Shown: positions 9,971 to 19,937, counted from the stretch's first letter. The stretch is DNA of 64,000 nt from an uncultured bacterium (GCA_963826535.1 CAWGXL010000011.1:384809-448808); one strand, 5' to 3'. Notes: generated by a model from the letters alone, not told the origin. Numbers and translations: made by a program.

Positions 9971-10126
9971 TTATATATTTACAGTATTCCCCGGTAAAAA
10001 TCAAGACCAAAAATGATAAATTTACCTTGTTCTTACATTTTTATGTAGAAAGTTTATGTTGCAAGTTTTTTTCAGAGCTGTTTGTTATGTAGAAAATAGG
10101 GGGGGGAGGTTGTATAATGGGGCGAC

Positions 10127-10217
10127 GGAGGAGTCGCATAGTTGGTCCATTGCGGGGGGTTGCTAACCCCCTGAGCCCTTTAACAGGCTCGCGCAGGTTC
10201 GAATCCTGTCTCCTCCG
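10127..10217 (+). tRNA. tRNA-Ser (anticodon GCU), type II
   Basis: GGAGGAG acceptor, anticodon stem GGGGG with loop TTGCTAA, long variable arm, T-arm GCAGG-TTCGAAT-CCTGT, 3' CTCCTCC-G. An extended -10 TGTATAAT sits about 8 nt upstream. Confidence 0.8.
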
Positions 10218-10288
10218 CTGTGTCAAACGTGATTGGGACTTTTGACCCCCCGTCAACTTCTGGATTTTGCTACACTTTAGTTAGATAT

Positions 10289-11026
10289 ATGTCTCTTTTT
10301 GATCTAATTTATCCTAAGCGTTGTGTAGGATGCGGGGGTTTTGGGTCTTATATTTGTTCCAAGTGTTTTTCTTATATAACTTTCATTGACCGCGGGTTTT
10401 GTAGTGTTTGTCAGCGGGCGGCGATTGGCGGAATTACTCATCCGGTGTGTAAGACTAAATATGAGATTGACGGTATTTTTGCGAGCGTTGCTTATGCCGG
10501 CGTTGTAAAGCGGTTGATTCATCAGTTTAAGTACAGGCCTTATGTTTTGGATCTCAGGAGTTTCTTGGTGGAGCTTTTTTATGAAGGGATTATTCAGAAA
10601 GAGTTATTTGTCCGGCTATTATCGGGAAAAAGCGTTTTTGTGCCGATGCCATTGCATTTTAGCCGACAGAGGACGCGCGGCTATAACCAGTCGCAGGTTT
10701 TGCTGGAAGGATTTGTAAAAAAACTAAAAAAGGAGAAATTTGTAGCTGAGGATAAAAGCGCGAGTTCAATTGTTGTCAAGGACTGCTTGGAGAGAATTAA
10801 AAAAACTAAACCTCAATTCGGGCTTTCGCAACAAGAGCGGCTCGCAAATATGGCTGGGGCTTTTGTTCTTAAGAAGAATTTTTTGGAGAACATAAAAAGC
10901 ACACCGGTAGTTTTTTTGGTTGATGATATTGTGACAACGGGTGCAACTTTACGAGAGGCAGCAAAAGTATTGAAGAGAGCGGGGGCGGGACGGGTGTATG
11001 GGTTGGCGTTTGCGCACGGGCAATAA
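10289..11026 (+). CDS. ComF family protein (double zinc-ribbon plus phosphoribosyltransferase domain)
   Basis: N-terminal CxxC...CxxC ribbons and C-terminal PRTase motif VVFLVDDIVTTGATL. Start moved to the Met at 10289. Confidence 0.65.
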   Translation: MSLFDLIYPKRCVGCGGFGSYICSKCFSYITFIDRGFCSVCQRAAIGGITHPVCKTKYEIDGIFASVAYAGVVKRLIHQFKYRPYVLDLRSFLVELFYEGIIQKELFVRLLSGKSVFVPMPLHFSRQRTRGYNQSQVLLEGFVKKLKKEKFVAEDKSASSIVVKDCLERIKKTKPQFGLSQQERLANMAGAFVLKKNFLENIKSTPVVFLVDDIVTTGATLREAAKVLKRAGAGRVYGLAFAHGQ

Positions 11027-11171
11027 GTGGGTTTTTGTGGACATTTCCGAAGAAAGTTGGAATCAAATCGAGGCTTATATCTGGAAGTGGGTTCCCTTAT
11101 TGCATAGATAAGGCCGGATCTGTGCGTAGAATGGTTTTCATACCTCCTGAGACTAGTGGAACAATTTTTGG

Positions 11172-12512
11172 TTAAAGCGTCACCTCTGCTCGAAGCTTGT
11201 CGGTTGCAAGATATCTCATATTTTTACCCACTCGTTTCTTCTCAATCAGGCTTAAGCTTTCCAGCGCCTTAAGATCTTTATTGGTTGTTTCACGACTAAC
11301 TTTATTTAATTCAATAAAGGATGATGGAGTAATATAGCTTTTTTCACCTTTTACTATTAAATATCTTAAAAGCTCATATTGTCTCTCGTTTAAGTCATAC
11401 TTTTCACGCAGTATATTCTCCATTTTAGTGTTCTCTGTTGTTTTTTTCTTAATATACTCCTCAAAATTATTAAGGGCTTCAAGCATCTTTTTAATATTAA
11501 AATCGAAGAAGTATGTTATATCTAAGTCGTCCTGTTCGGAGTACACAAACGACATTCCATAGCGATCAGGCGCATTTCTTATAACCAAAGAGATGGGTAA
11601 ATATTGAATAGCCCAATAACTTTTTTTTAGTAAATACCAATAGAAGAGTGTTCTTGCTATTCTCCCGTTGCCATCATAGAAAGGGTGTAGGTAGCCAACC
11701 CAAAAATGGATAAATATCGCCTTTATAATTGGGTGTATAAAGCCTTCATCGCTTTCGTCATTTGCATATTTAATTAGTTCCCCTATCTGTTCTTTCAAAA
11801 ACTCTTCTTTTGGGGGGACATGATATATATATTTTTGTTGATCATTAATAGTTATGCCATCTTTATCAGTTCTGTATCTCTCCTGTTTATCAGCCTCTAA
11901 AGTATCTTTTGTAATCAGTTTATGTAGCTCAAAAAGCATCTCATGCGATAAAGATTTATTTTTATAGTTTTCATTAATTGCCTGCATCGTCTTATAGTTG
12001 TTCACAATCATTCGTTCAGACCTATCTTTTGGTACACGATTCTCAAGAATCAACCTCTTTGCCATTGGAGTGGTAGTAACAGCACCTTCAAGCTGGCTTG
12101 ATGCTATAGCTTCCTCAATAATACTTTTGGTCAGTAGTCTTTGCTTGCCATAAGGCGTGATGATATTGTGATAATGGGAAAATATCTCTCCACCTATCTT
12201 CATATCTATTTTATGTAAATATTCGTCGATATTATTGAGTCGAACCCAAGTAAAGAATTTACCGTTTTCAGCCTTTATTTTTGTACTTTTCGATAAAATA
12301 CTTCTCACTAGTTTTACCAAGTACCAAAACTCTTTTGTTGTAAGGCCATCTGGTCGAGGCTGGTATTTAATTTTATCCCAACAGAGATAATTATCCCCGG
12401 ATACTCGATCTATGTATTTGGCGTATTTATTTGCATCCTTGAAATACATCTCGACTGTTCGACCTTTATCAATGTCTGAGAAGTCAACTTTTTCTATTTT
12501 ATAGTTCTCCAT
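11172..12512 (-). CDS. Fic family protein
   Basis: Fic motif HPFYDGNGRIARTL. Start set at MENYKIEK, downstream of the repeat array. Confidence 0.8.
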   Translation of the reverse strand: MENYKIEKVDFSDIDKGRTVEMYFKDANKYAKYIDRVSGDNYLCWDKIKYQPRPDGLTTKEFWYLVKLVRSILSKSTKIKAENGKFFTWVRLNNIDEYLHKIDMKIGGEIFSHYHNIITPYGKQRLLTKSIIEEAIASSQLEGAVTTTPMAKRLILENRVPKDRSERMIVNNYKTMQAINENYKNKSLSHEMLFELHKLITKDTLEADKQERYRTDKDGITINDQQKYIYHVPPKEEFLKEQIGELIKYANDESDEGFIHPIIKAIFIHFWVGYLHPFYDGNGRIARTLFYWYLLKKSYWAIQYLPISLVIRNAPDRYGMSFVYSEQDDLDITYFFDFNIKKMLEALNNFEEYIKKKTTENTKMENILREKYDLNERQYELLRYLIVKGEKSYITPSSFIELNKVSRETTNKDLKALESLSLIEKKRVGKNMRYLATDKLRAEVTL

Positions 12513-12523
12513 ATTTTGGATAA

Positions 12524-12640
12524 AACATGTCAATAACATGTCAGATACATGTCAAGATCTGATATGTATCATATGTTACACCACTTTTGATCACATGTCA
12601 ACTACATGTCAACTACATGTCAAGTCTTGACATGTAGTTA
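12524..12640. promoter_or_regulatory. array of about seven direct ACATGTCAA repeats plus one 26-bp perfect palindrome (CTACATGTCAAG TC TTGACATGTAG) just upstream of the Fic start
   Basis: Read directly. On the coding strand the repeat is TTGACATGT, so it embeds -35-like TTGACA hexamers. Candidate operator or iteron. Confidence 0.5.
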
Positions 12641-12856
12641 GGTGATTATAGTTTTTTTCGTGATTTCGAGGCTAAATTATGCGTATTTGTGGGGGGAGTT
12701 AGTTTTAGGCTACGCCCATAAAAAACCCTCGCTATCTAGCTTCTGTGGCTTGCCACGCGACAGTCCCACTCCGCAGATATAATAACTGAAGTCTTCTTGG
12801 TATTAAATTGTGGCTTGCCACGCGGAGCTCTTACTTGTTATAGTAAGAGCGAAGTG

Positions 12857-13311
12857 TGGAGATGTCCGGCAGTGAACCGGAGTCCGAGTAAAATGTTCTT
12901 ATAACTTCTACAAGCTTAGTCTCCCACTTCGCCAAAGGCTTCGCGGGATCATCCTTTCGGACGAAATTTTTGAGTTTCGCTTTACTTTTTCCAATTGACA
13001 GGAGAAGTAAAGTTAAGGTTAGATAAATTCGATAAGGACGCCAACCAACTTCCTTACTAATATCCTCAACTAGGTTTCTGCCCATAACTTCCCGTTGAGG
13101 GAGGAGGGTTATGAACAAGACAAAAGTTTAAGCAGCTAGTGCTAAACTTGGTCTAACTCCAAAGAGCTCGGCACGAATTGCTTCGGCCTCAGCTTTTAGA
13201 GCTGCAATGCGGTTTTTACCAGCATTTATATTTTGATTCATTTTAACGGCTTTGAATCGTTGCCGGCTTGCAGTTTTTAAGGTACTTTTCTCGTCGAATC
13301 AAGTCATCCCC
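12857..13311 (-). ncRNA. ssrA: tmRNA (ssrA), about 455 nt, directly downstream of smpB
   Basis: Minus strand: 5' GGGGATGACTTGATTCGACG matches the conserved tmRNA 5' GGGGnnGAnnnGGATTCGACG. The internal tag frame ends ...GVRPSLALAA-TAA. GACTAAGCTTGTAG matches the E. coli ACUAAGCAUGUAG motif. The 3' T-arm is TCCGG-TTCACTG-CCGGA followed by acceptor CATCTCC-A, which pairs with the 5' GGGGATG with a G3:U70. Confidence 0.75.
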
Positions 13312-13329
13312 CTACAAAAATCAATAACT

Positions 13330-13440
13330 TTTAATTTTTAAAGGTGGACATTGATTTTTAAAATTCTAAATCCGAATATCGAAATTCGAAACAATTTTCA
13401 AAATTTTAATGATCAAAATTCAAAACGTTTTGAATTTAGT
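13330..13440. repeat. AT-rich palindromic intergenic element (copy 1; core AAATTCAAAACGTTTTGAATTT)
   Basis: 22-bp perfect palindrome centred on AAAACGTTTT. The left arm CCGAATATCGAAATTCGAAACAA is homologous to the copy at 20531-20650. Confidence 0.45.
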
Positions 13441-13876
13441 AATTGCCTTTTAGTGTTTCTTCCAGTTCTCTGTCAAGGTCCTTTTTCTTGAGCGCTTCCT
13501 TTTTTTCGAATTTCTTTTTTGGTTTGCCCAATGCCAATTCGAGCTTGATTAAGTTCCCAGTAGTATACAACGAAATAGGCACAATTGTCAAGCTCGTGCC
13601 TTCGGTTTTGCTCTTGAGAGCAAAGATTTGTTTTTTGTGTAAGAGAAGCTTGCGAGTACGCTTGGGGTCGTATTGATCCGGCCGCGCGTACTCGTAAGGA
13701 AAGATCTTGGCGTTTATCAGATAGGCTTCACTACCGACAATACGCACGAAACTTCCGCTCAGGTCAGCGTGATTGAGGCGTATGGCCTTGACTTCTGCTC
13801 CAAGCAAGTTGATACCGGCTTCGAATTTTTCATCTATTGAGTAGTTGTAGTGCGCTTTGCGGTTGATGATTTTCAC
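13436..13876 (-). CDS. smpB: SsrA-binding protein SmpB
   Basis: Full-length similarity to SmpB (NRKAHYNYSI...LLLHKKQI), 146 aa. Confidence 0.85.
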   Translation of the reverse strand: MKIINRKAHYNYSIDEKFEAGINLLGAEVKAIRLNHADLSGSFVRIVGSEAYLINAKIFPYEYARPDQYDPKRTRKLLLHKKQIFALKSKTEGTSLTIVPISLYTTGNLIKLELALGKPKKKFEKKEALKKKDLDRELEETLKGNY

Positions 13877-13916
13877 TCACTCATAATATCGAATCAGGAG
13901 TCAGGAATCAAGGATG

Positions 13917-15659
13917 TTAGAGGGGGAGTTCGTAGATTTTGTTGTCTGAAAGTACTAGGGCTTTTTGGTCTGATTCTAAGATTTCGAAGTTTTTGGCTGA
14001 TTGGATAATATCCGCATTATATTGATTTTGGTATGAGCCACTTTTTCCAAGTTTGACGATTCTTGAGTTGCCGTTGTCGAGAATGTAGATGTTGTCTATG
14101 TCTATATTTGTGAAGATCCTAGTGGGGTTTGCAAGAGGCGTAAGTAATCCGGAAATCGCGAAGTTTTCAGGTTGCCCGCTTGTGTATTTGAGTATTTTTC
14201 CATCACTAGTGAGAATCCAGATTGAACCGTCAATGCTCATGCTACGGGCGTTGGTTAGGACGGGCGGGTTTTCTTTAAAGTAAGCAGTTTTATTGAAGCC
14301 GGTTTGGGCTACAACGTATTTCAATACGCCTGCTTTTTTGTCCAGGATATAGATATTTCCTTGATAGAGGGAGAGAGCAACAGGCGAGCTCCAGTCATTA
14401 TTGTTTTCGATGATGTCTTTTTTTTCATCGTTGGATTTGTCAATTGTAGTTACAGCTTTACCTGTCAGAAGATAGATTGCTGCGTCATCCTGAGCGTAAT
14501 CGACAGCCTTATTGTTTTTTTCAATATTGAGAAGATCGGATGCGTCGGCATTTACAGCAATGGGGGAAATTTTCTTCACATTTGTCGCGGTATTTAATTC
14601 TGTTTGTACTTGAATTAATAGTGCCTGAAGATTGACTTGTTCTTTGGAGCCGGATTTAAATTTGTTCATGTTATCTTTGAGAATCTGCTCAGCTTTTACG
14701 AAGTCGTCATGAGCCAGGATTTGGTTTAGTTTTTTTAGAGCCTTTCCTTCTTCATAGTTTTTTTGAGCCTGGGGGTAGACTTGTTGGTAGAGCGCTTCGT
14801 ACTTTTCGTTTTCCTGTTTTGATTTAGTAAAAATTATACTAGTTGTGAGCAAGATTAGGATAAGTACGGCAACGATTAGTGAAATTTTCTGTAAACGCGA
14901 GAGGCGGGGGATTTGTAGTTTAAGTTTTTTTTGGAGTTTAAGAAAGGTTGAGGGTACATTCTGGTTTGCCGCAGGCTCAGGCAGAATTGGATGTTGAGTT
15001 GAAGGCATCGTAATTTCATCGTTGACAACCTGGGTTTTGGGTGCGCCATTATAGGTGATAATTATAGCTGCCTGACTTCCGTCCTCTTTTTCGTGAACAT
15101 GGGGAGAGAGACTCTCGGCTATGTCATTGGGAAGTTCTAGTTTGAGAGCTTCGTTAATTTTTTCTTCTGAGACACACTTAGTAAAATGATCGGTTTGGAG
15201 CATGATAGTATCGTGTGGTTGTAAATATCCTGAAGCTGTCGCAGGCTGTGGACCGGAAACTTTTTTTTCCAGCAATAGACCTAGTAATTCAGTTCTCTTC
15301 ATAATGATTTTTCCTTTTCCAACAACGAAGAGGTAAAGTATATTGTCTTTAAAATAAGCGATGCAGGCGTCAGCAACTATATCGGGAGGGAGATTGATGC
15401 TTTTTTCTATGGCAGTTTTGATGGTTTGAAGTTTTTTATCTTCCAGAGTGAAGAATTCAGCTTCAAGATTGTTGAACAGATCTTTTCCAATTGAAGGTAA
15501 AACTAAATCCTGTTTGTTTTGATCTGTTATTGTTAACGAGAGCGCAACGAAGAGGCTTCCTGCATTGTAGACCTGTGACCACGAAAACGGGGTGGGAGTC
15601 GCAACTATTTTTGCGTATGCGAGACTCAGTTTGGGCACATGAAGGTCCGAGTTAGGCAT
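13917..15659 (-). CDS. hypothetical membrane-anchored protein with central TM and C-terminal repeat (beta-propeller-like) region
   Basis: 580 aa; the TM helix LIVAVLILILLTTSIIF is mid-protein; the C-terminal half has repeated YILD / ILT-like beta-strand motifs. Confidence 0.45.
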   Translation of the reverse strand: MPNSDLHVPKLSLAYAKIVATPTPFSWSQVYNAGSLFVALSLTITDQNKQDLVLPSIGKDLFNNLEAEFFTLEDKKLQTIKTAIEKSINLPPDIVADACIAYFKDNILYLFVVGKGKIIMKRTELLGLLLEKKVSGPQPATASGYLQPHDTIMLQTDHFTKCVSEEKINEALKLELPNDIAESLSPHVHEKEDGSQAAIIITYNGAPKTQVVNDEITMPSTQHPILPEPAANQNVPSTFLKLQKKLKLQIPRLSRLQKISLIVAVLILILLTTSIIFTKSKQENEKYEALYQQVYPQAQKNYEEGKALKKLNQILAHDDFVKAEQILKDNMNKFKSGSKEQVNLQALLIQVQTELNTATNVKKISPIAVNADASDLLNIEKNNKAVDYAQDDAAIYLLTGKAVTTIDKSNDEKKDIIENNNDWSSPVALSLYQGNIYILDKKAGVLKYVVAQTGFNKTAYFKENPPVLTNARSMSIDGSIWILTSDGKILKYTSGQPENFAISGLLTPLANPTRIFTNIDIDNIYILDNGNSRIVKLGKSGSYQNQYNADIIQSAKNFEILESDQKALVLSDNKIYELPL

Positions 15660-15662
15660 TAT

Positions 15663-15908
15663 TTATACTATAACAAGAGTGAGGAAAAAAAGCGAGAGCA
15701 CGAGAAAGAAATATAGTAATGCAAGTGATTTAATTAAACTTGCTGAAGATTGCGGGGGGAAAATGATTATTCTATCCAAGGCGCGGATTTTGTTATAGAC
15801 GAAAAACGTAAATATAGCATACAGTGCAATTATAATCAGGAGTATTATTTTGATTAGGAACGACAGATTTGGGTTTTGTATACCAAATGTTAATTGTGGA
15901 ATTTCCAT
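15663..15908 (-). CDS. small hydrophobic membrane protein (2 TM)
   Basis: 81-aa ORF, almost entirely hydrophobic. Confidence 0.3.
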   Translation of the reverse strand: MEIPQLTFGIQNPNLSFLIKIILLIIIALYAIFTFFVYNKIRALDRIIIFPPQSSASLIKSLALLYFFLVLSLFFLTLVIV

Positions 15909-16076
15909 AGGTTAGGACTTGTAAAAAAATAACTTATACAAACTGACTCGTCTTTTTGGCGGAATTTTTCGTTGCCGATCAACTCAAGTATACACCGTAT
16001 ACTATCGCTGATCAGCGCCTTGAATTCCACTCAAAAATACTTCGTGATTTTGCATAACCTATTTTTTTACAAGTCC

Positions 16077-16733
16077 TTAGTCTGTGATTAGTTTGCTTAT
16101 AGTGTCGACGACTTGTGTGGGATGGGGGACGCTTTCAAGGACAAAATCTTCTCTACCGCTAACAGTGTGGGATATTACATCGCCATAGTTAAAATACGAA
16201 GATAAAAAGCCTTTTTGTCTATGTACAACGTCTTCAATCTCGGGTAACTGTGTAATGGCAATATCAATATAGGAGAGATGCATGAAGTCAATATCGATTA
16301 TTCTTTTTTGTGTAAGGATGCCTATATTGTAGAACCAATCGACGAAATTATAAAAAGCGAATCCAATTATTAGCAGATAATAGAAGAATACGAGGATGAT
16401 GCTCAAGGTCAGCGGGAGAGAAAATGGAGGTAGATTTAACATGTGCATAAAGATGGGGAATAGCGGAGGCAGGAGAAGCGCTATAAATGTAATGGTGATC
16501 CATAAGAAGTTGGTAATGAAGTGACGACGCATGAAAAGAAGGATTTGTTCGTCTTTTTCCTGATGAGCAAAGGAAAAACCGACAGAGTTAGAAACAAGCG
16601 CTGAGAATATACCCGGAGCGACTTTTTTGAGGTCAGGGCGCAAGACTGCATTCTGCTTCACAGGAGCTTGTTGATATGTATTGTTGAAGTTTAACTTATT
16701 TGTAGTCTTCGATGTTGTGAAAATTTCAGGCAT
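16077..16733 (-). CDS. bacterial PH domain (DUF304/YdbS-like) membrane protein
   Basis: Two TM helices followed by a PH-like domain; the architecture matches bPH_2. Confidence 0.5.
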   Translation of the reverse strand: MPEIFTTSKTTNKLNFNNTYQQAPVKQNAVLRPDLKKVAPGIFSALVSNSVGFSFAHQEKDEQILLFMRRHFITNFLWITITFIALLLPPLFPIFMHMLNLPPFSLPLTLSIILVFFYYLLIIGFAFYNFVDWFYNIGILTQKRIIDIDFMHLSYIDIAITQLPEIEDVVHRQKGFLSSYFNYGDVISHTVSGREDFVLESVPHPTQVVDTISKLITD

Positions 16734-16760
16734 ATTAGTTTAAAGTTGCAATTGACGTTT

Positions 16761-18485
16761 TCATTTTTGTTCGATGTTGAAAAAGGCAAAGCCATTTTGG
16801 GGTATAGAGAGATAACCGGGGGCGCGTAGATTGAAAGCAGTTTTGAAACTTGAGCCATTGATATGCTTTTCTCCTTTGTCGGTTTGGAAAATTACTTCGT
16901 TAGTTGAACCATTCCCCTGCAGAACTGAAACGCCTGTTACAGAATTAATTCCGCCTCCATATTTGTCTGAGATTTGGCGAAGTTCGTCCTGGCTATAGGG
17001 ATTACCGCTCCAACAGTTGGTGGTGGTTGGAGTAATTCGGTTACTATCATCGCCTGAGCCATTACTTAAAACGAAGGAAGCGTTGACAATGTCGGCGATG
17101 TCAGACCCGCTAAGCCAGGGACTATCACGACCACATTTATCACTTGAAACGCTATAGCCTTTGGTATACCAAGCTTTATAAAACCAGGGAGAGCCTGCGA
17201 TCTTTTCATAAGCGCGATCTGCAAAGCTCGCGCCGCCTTGACCATCTGTGGTGTCCCAACCCATTGTGGTCAAGTATCCGCCTGTGGTTGAAGAGTAGTA
17301 GGTCACAACGTCTTCCAATACTTGTCCTTTTGTTTCATCTACCGCTTGTTTCCATGCTTCGGGGGGGTTATCGGCTTTGCCATTATTAAACACCTGACAC
17401 GCTTCAGTGGCACAAATTTCTGAGCCTTGTTGCTTGTTGCGAAAAGCATAGGTTCTGGCAGCAACAGCTTGTGCTTTCAAGGCTTCCTTTGGCCAGCTTG
17501 AGGGCATTTCGGCAATTCCAAGTAAATACCTGCCTTCAAAGTCTATCTCACCGTATCCGGCGACTTTGATCGTTCCGCCAGTGTCTTTGCCTACCGGGTC
17601 TTTGCCATAGTAAGCTTTGAGAATTGCCTTGAAATCCTGCCCCGCATTAGCACGGGCAAATGCGCCATATTGGCTCATGCCTTTGCGGTGAGTATGAGCA
17701 CCAAAAGAAAAGACTGAAAACATTCCGGACGGTGCTGATTCACGAAAGCCTTTGATCGAGGCTTTGTAATCGTCGGCTAAATCGCTGTCTCCAATTGTCG
17801 CAGTAAAACTTCCACTTCTGGCATTGATAATGGATTGTTGTTGTTCGGAGAGTTCTTGTATTTTGGTTGTAACGTCTTTTTGATAGGCAAGCGCGCCTTT
17901 AATAACTTCATCCAGCTTGGCTGATTGTTCGTCGAGATCGGCTGAGGTCGCTATAAGCCAAATTTGCTTCTGAATAAGCTCTAGTTTTTTATTTTCGAGA
18001 TCAGTGATGGAGAGCGCGATATTAGTGATGATATTTTTGTCTTGTCTGGTTTTTGCCTCCTGATAGATTTCTTCTTGGGTTTTTTCGCCGATTTGTACTT
18101 CAGAGAGAAATATGCTTAGAGGCGATTCTGTGTAACTTTTTATATAGAATTCACGAATTGAACGAAGAACCAATTGTTGTTTCCGCGCTAGGGTTTCGTA
18201 ACCTTTGTCGATTTCCTTTTTTTTTACAAGGGTATCGGATTCAACAGAAGCAAGTTGGGTTTTCATTCCTTGAATTTGCTTCTGCATGCGAAGCAGATCT
18301 GATTGAAGTGGTTTGGTGGCGGCTATGGAATTGTCTAACGCATCTTTGAGATCATTGAGTTCTTTGGTAATTTTGTCTAAGTTACCTGAGGAGACATCTA
18401 TGTCGTCTGCGAAAGCGGGAAGGGGCATTGAAAAAAAGATGGCTGATAGAAATACACAACAAAGTAATATTAAATTTGCGGGCAT
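16761..18485 (-). CDS. SpoIID/LytB domain protein with N-terminal signal peptide and coiled coil
   Basis: HRKGMSQYGAFARANAGQDFKAILKAYY matches the SpoIID/LytB core; the N-terminal half is a long coiled coil. Confidence 0.6.
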   Translation of the reverse strand: MPANLILLCCVFLSAIFFSMPLPAFADDIDVSSGNLDKITKELNDLKDALDNSIAATKPLQSDLLRMQKQIQGMKTQLASVESDTLVKKKEIDKGYETLARKQQLVLRSIREFYIKSYTESPLSIFLSEVQIGEKTQEEIYQEAKTRQDKNIITNIALSITDLENKKLELIQKQIWLIATSADLDEQSAKLDEVIKGALAYQKDVTTKIQELSEQQQSIINARSGSFTATIGDSDLADDYKASIKGFRESAPSGMFSVFSFGAHTHRKGMSQYGAFARANAGQDFKAILKAYYGKDPVGKDTGGTIKVAGYGEIDFEGRYLLGIAEMPSSWPKEALKAQAVAARTYAFRNKQQGSEICATEACQVFNNGKADNPPEAWKQAVDETKGQVLEDVVTYYSSTTGGYLTTMGWDTTDGQGGASFADRAYEKIAGSPWFYKAWYTKGYSVSSDKCGRDSPWLSGSDIADIVNASFVLSNGSGDDSNRITPTTTNCWSGNPYSQDELRQISDKYGGGINSVTGVSVLQGNGSTNEVIFQTDKGEKHINGSSFKTAFNLRAPGYLSIPQNGFAFFNIEQK

Positions 18486-18571
18486 AGAAGTATTATAGCA
18501 AATTGGGTAAAGAAGGAGTAGTGATCAAAATAGTGATTGACAAAATGATCAATAGTTGATATAAAATACAT

Positions 18572-18871
18572 ATGACTTATATTGTTTCTATTCCACATAA
18601 TAAATTGATTCCGATAACAAAGGCAAGACGGAATTTGGGTGAATTGGTCAAGCGATTGGAGAAAGAAAAAGATTTATATTTAATGAAGGATGGTAAAATT
18701 GCAGCAAAACTTTCGCTTCCTGAAGAAGTAAGACAAGAGAGATGGATAAAAGCGCTTGATAAAGTGCGCGGGGCATGGAAGGGTACAGACTTGGATGATG
18801 ACAAGTTGTGGCATGAAATCTTGGTAACAGAACGTATAAAAGGGACAAAGAGAAAACCTGTACGATTATGA
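18572..18871 (+). CDS. type II antitoxin (Phd/YefM-like)
   Basis: IPITKARRNLGELVKRL...YLMKDGKIAAKLS resembles Phd/YefM; it overlaps the downstream PIN gene by 4 nt. Confidence 0.55.
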   Translation: MTYIVSIPHNKLIPITKARRNLGELVKRLEKEKDLYLMKDGKIAAKLSLPEEVRQERWIKALDKVRGAWKGTDLDDDKLWHEILVTERIKGTKRKPVRL

Positions 18872-19248
18872 ATTATCTTCTTGATACCTCAGTTCTTATT
18901 CCCTTAATTCGTGATAAGGTCGGGGCTTATGATCTTCTAAAAAATGTAAAAGGGCGAAGGGTGGTTAGCAGTATTTGTGTCGCAGAGTTGTATGAGGGAG
19001 TTTTCCGGTCAGATCAGGTTGAGAAAAGCAAAGAAAAATTGGAAGAATTTCTTGAAGAGTTTGATGAAATTATCCCTTTTGCTTCACGGGAGGCTGTTGT
19101 CTTTGGCAAACTGAAAGCGAAAATGAAAAGAGAACTTATTCCTGATATGGATTTACAAATTGCCGCAACGTGTATTGCTAATGAACTGGTACTTGTAACT
19201 TCCGATACCCGCCATTTTCCGAAAGTATCCGGTCTTAAACTGTATTGA
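18868..19248 (+). CDS. vapC: PIN-domain toxin VapC
   Basis: MNYLLDTSVLIPLIR...; conserved acidic residues of the PIN domain are present; 126 aa. Confidence 0.7.
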   Translation: MNYLLDTSVLIPLIRDKVGAYDLLKNVKGRRVVSSICVAELYEGVFRSDQVEKSKEKLEEFLEEFDEIIPFASREAVVFGKLKAKMKRELIPDMDLQIAATCIANELVLVTSDTRHFPKVSGLKLY

Positions 19249-19313
19249 GATAATTTCGGTTAGTAAACTGAATTATTGTTTTTGTGTATTTATTGCAGTA
19301 CAATAATATTGTT

Positions 19314-19865
19314 ATGAGTGAGGTATCTACAGAACAATTAACTCCGAGGGAGAACGCAAATAGATTGCAGGCGCAATTTGGAAGATATATTGAGTCATTG
19401 CATAATTGGGCTGGAAATGCATTTGATAAGACTGGGAGTAGGGTTATGGCACCAGATAGAGATACTAAGGAAGCTGAGTCGATTCTTGCAGAATCTCTAC
19501 TTAATAAATTTGACAGTTTTTATCGGAGTGTACCTGAGGGTTACCATCTGGCATTTGGTCTCTCGCCTCTTAAATGGCATGAGTTTCAAAGAGACGAAGA
19601 GCTAAGACTTTTAACAAGCAGAGAAATGACTCCCCTGGGTCCTCAATATTGGCTAAATGTTGCCCGACATGTTGAAAATCCAGCAACAATGGAGCCTAAT
19701 ATGCGTCGTTTAAATCTAAGTGCTATTGGCACAAATGATCCAGAAAATCCATCTGCAAAGTTAGAGCCAGTGTTTATATCGAAGGACGGATTAAAACGAA
19801 CAGCAAAGTCAATTTTTCCAGAAGATATTTTATCGGTCAAAGTTGTAGAAAATCCACGAAAGTAG
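19314..19865 (+). CDS. hypothetical protein
   Basis: ORF only; start at the second Met (MSEVSTEQ). Confidence 0.4.
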   Translation: MSEVSTEQLTPRENANRLQAQFGRYIESLHNWAGNAFDKTGSRVMAPDRDTKEAESILAESLLNKFDSFYRSVPEGYHLAFGLSPLKWHEFQRDEELRLLTSREMTPLGPQYWLNVARHVENPATMEPNMRRLNLSAIGTNDPENPSAKLEPVFISKDGLKRTAKSIFPEDILSVKVVENPRK

Positions 19866-19937
19866 TATTCGAATTTTTAAGCTATTGCTCCTGTTTTCAA
19901 ATGGAGAAAAGTGTGCTACTATTCTCCTTAGAATAAT

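Noticed and set aside
12650-12856. Duplicated hairpin GTGGCTTGCCACGCG (12736 and 12812) and CTCTTACT-tgttat-AGTAAGAG just 3' of the tmRNA, considered as att-site duplicates.
   Set aside because: They lie downstream of the tmRNA 3' end rather than duplicating it. More likely tandem terminator hairpins; noted only.
12831-13118. 95-aa minus-strand ORF in the ORF track.
   Set aside because: It lies entirely inside the tmRNA (12857-13311) and has no RBS or motif; a spurious ORF.
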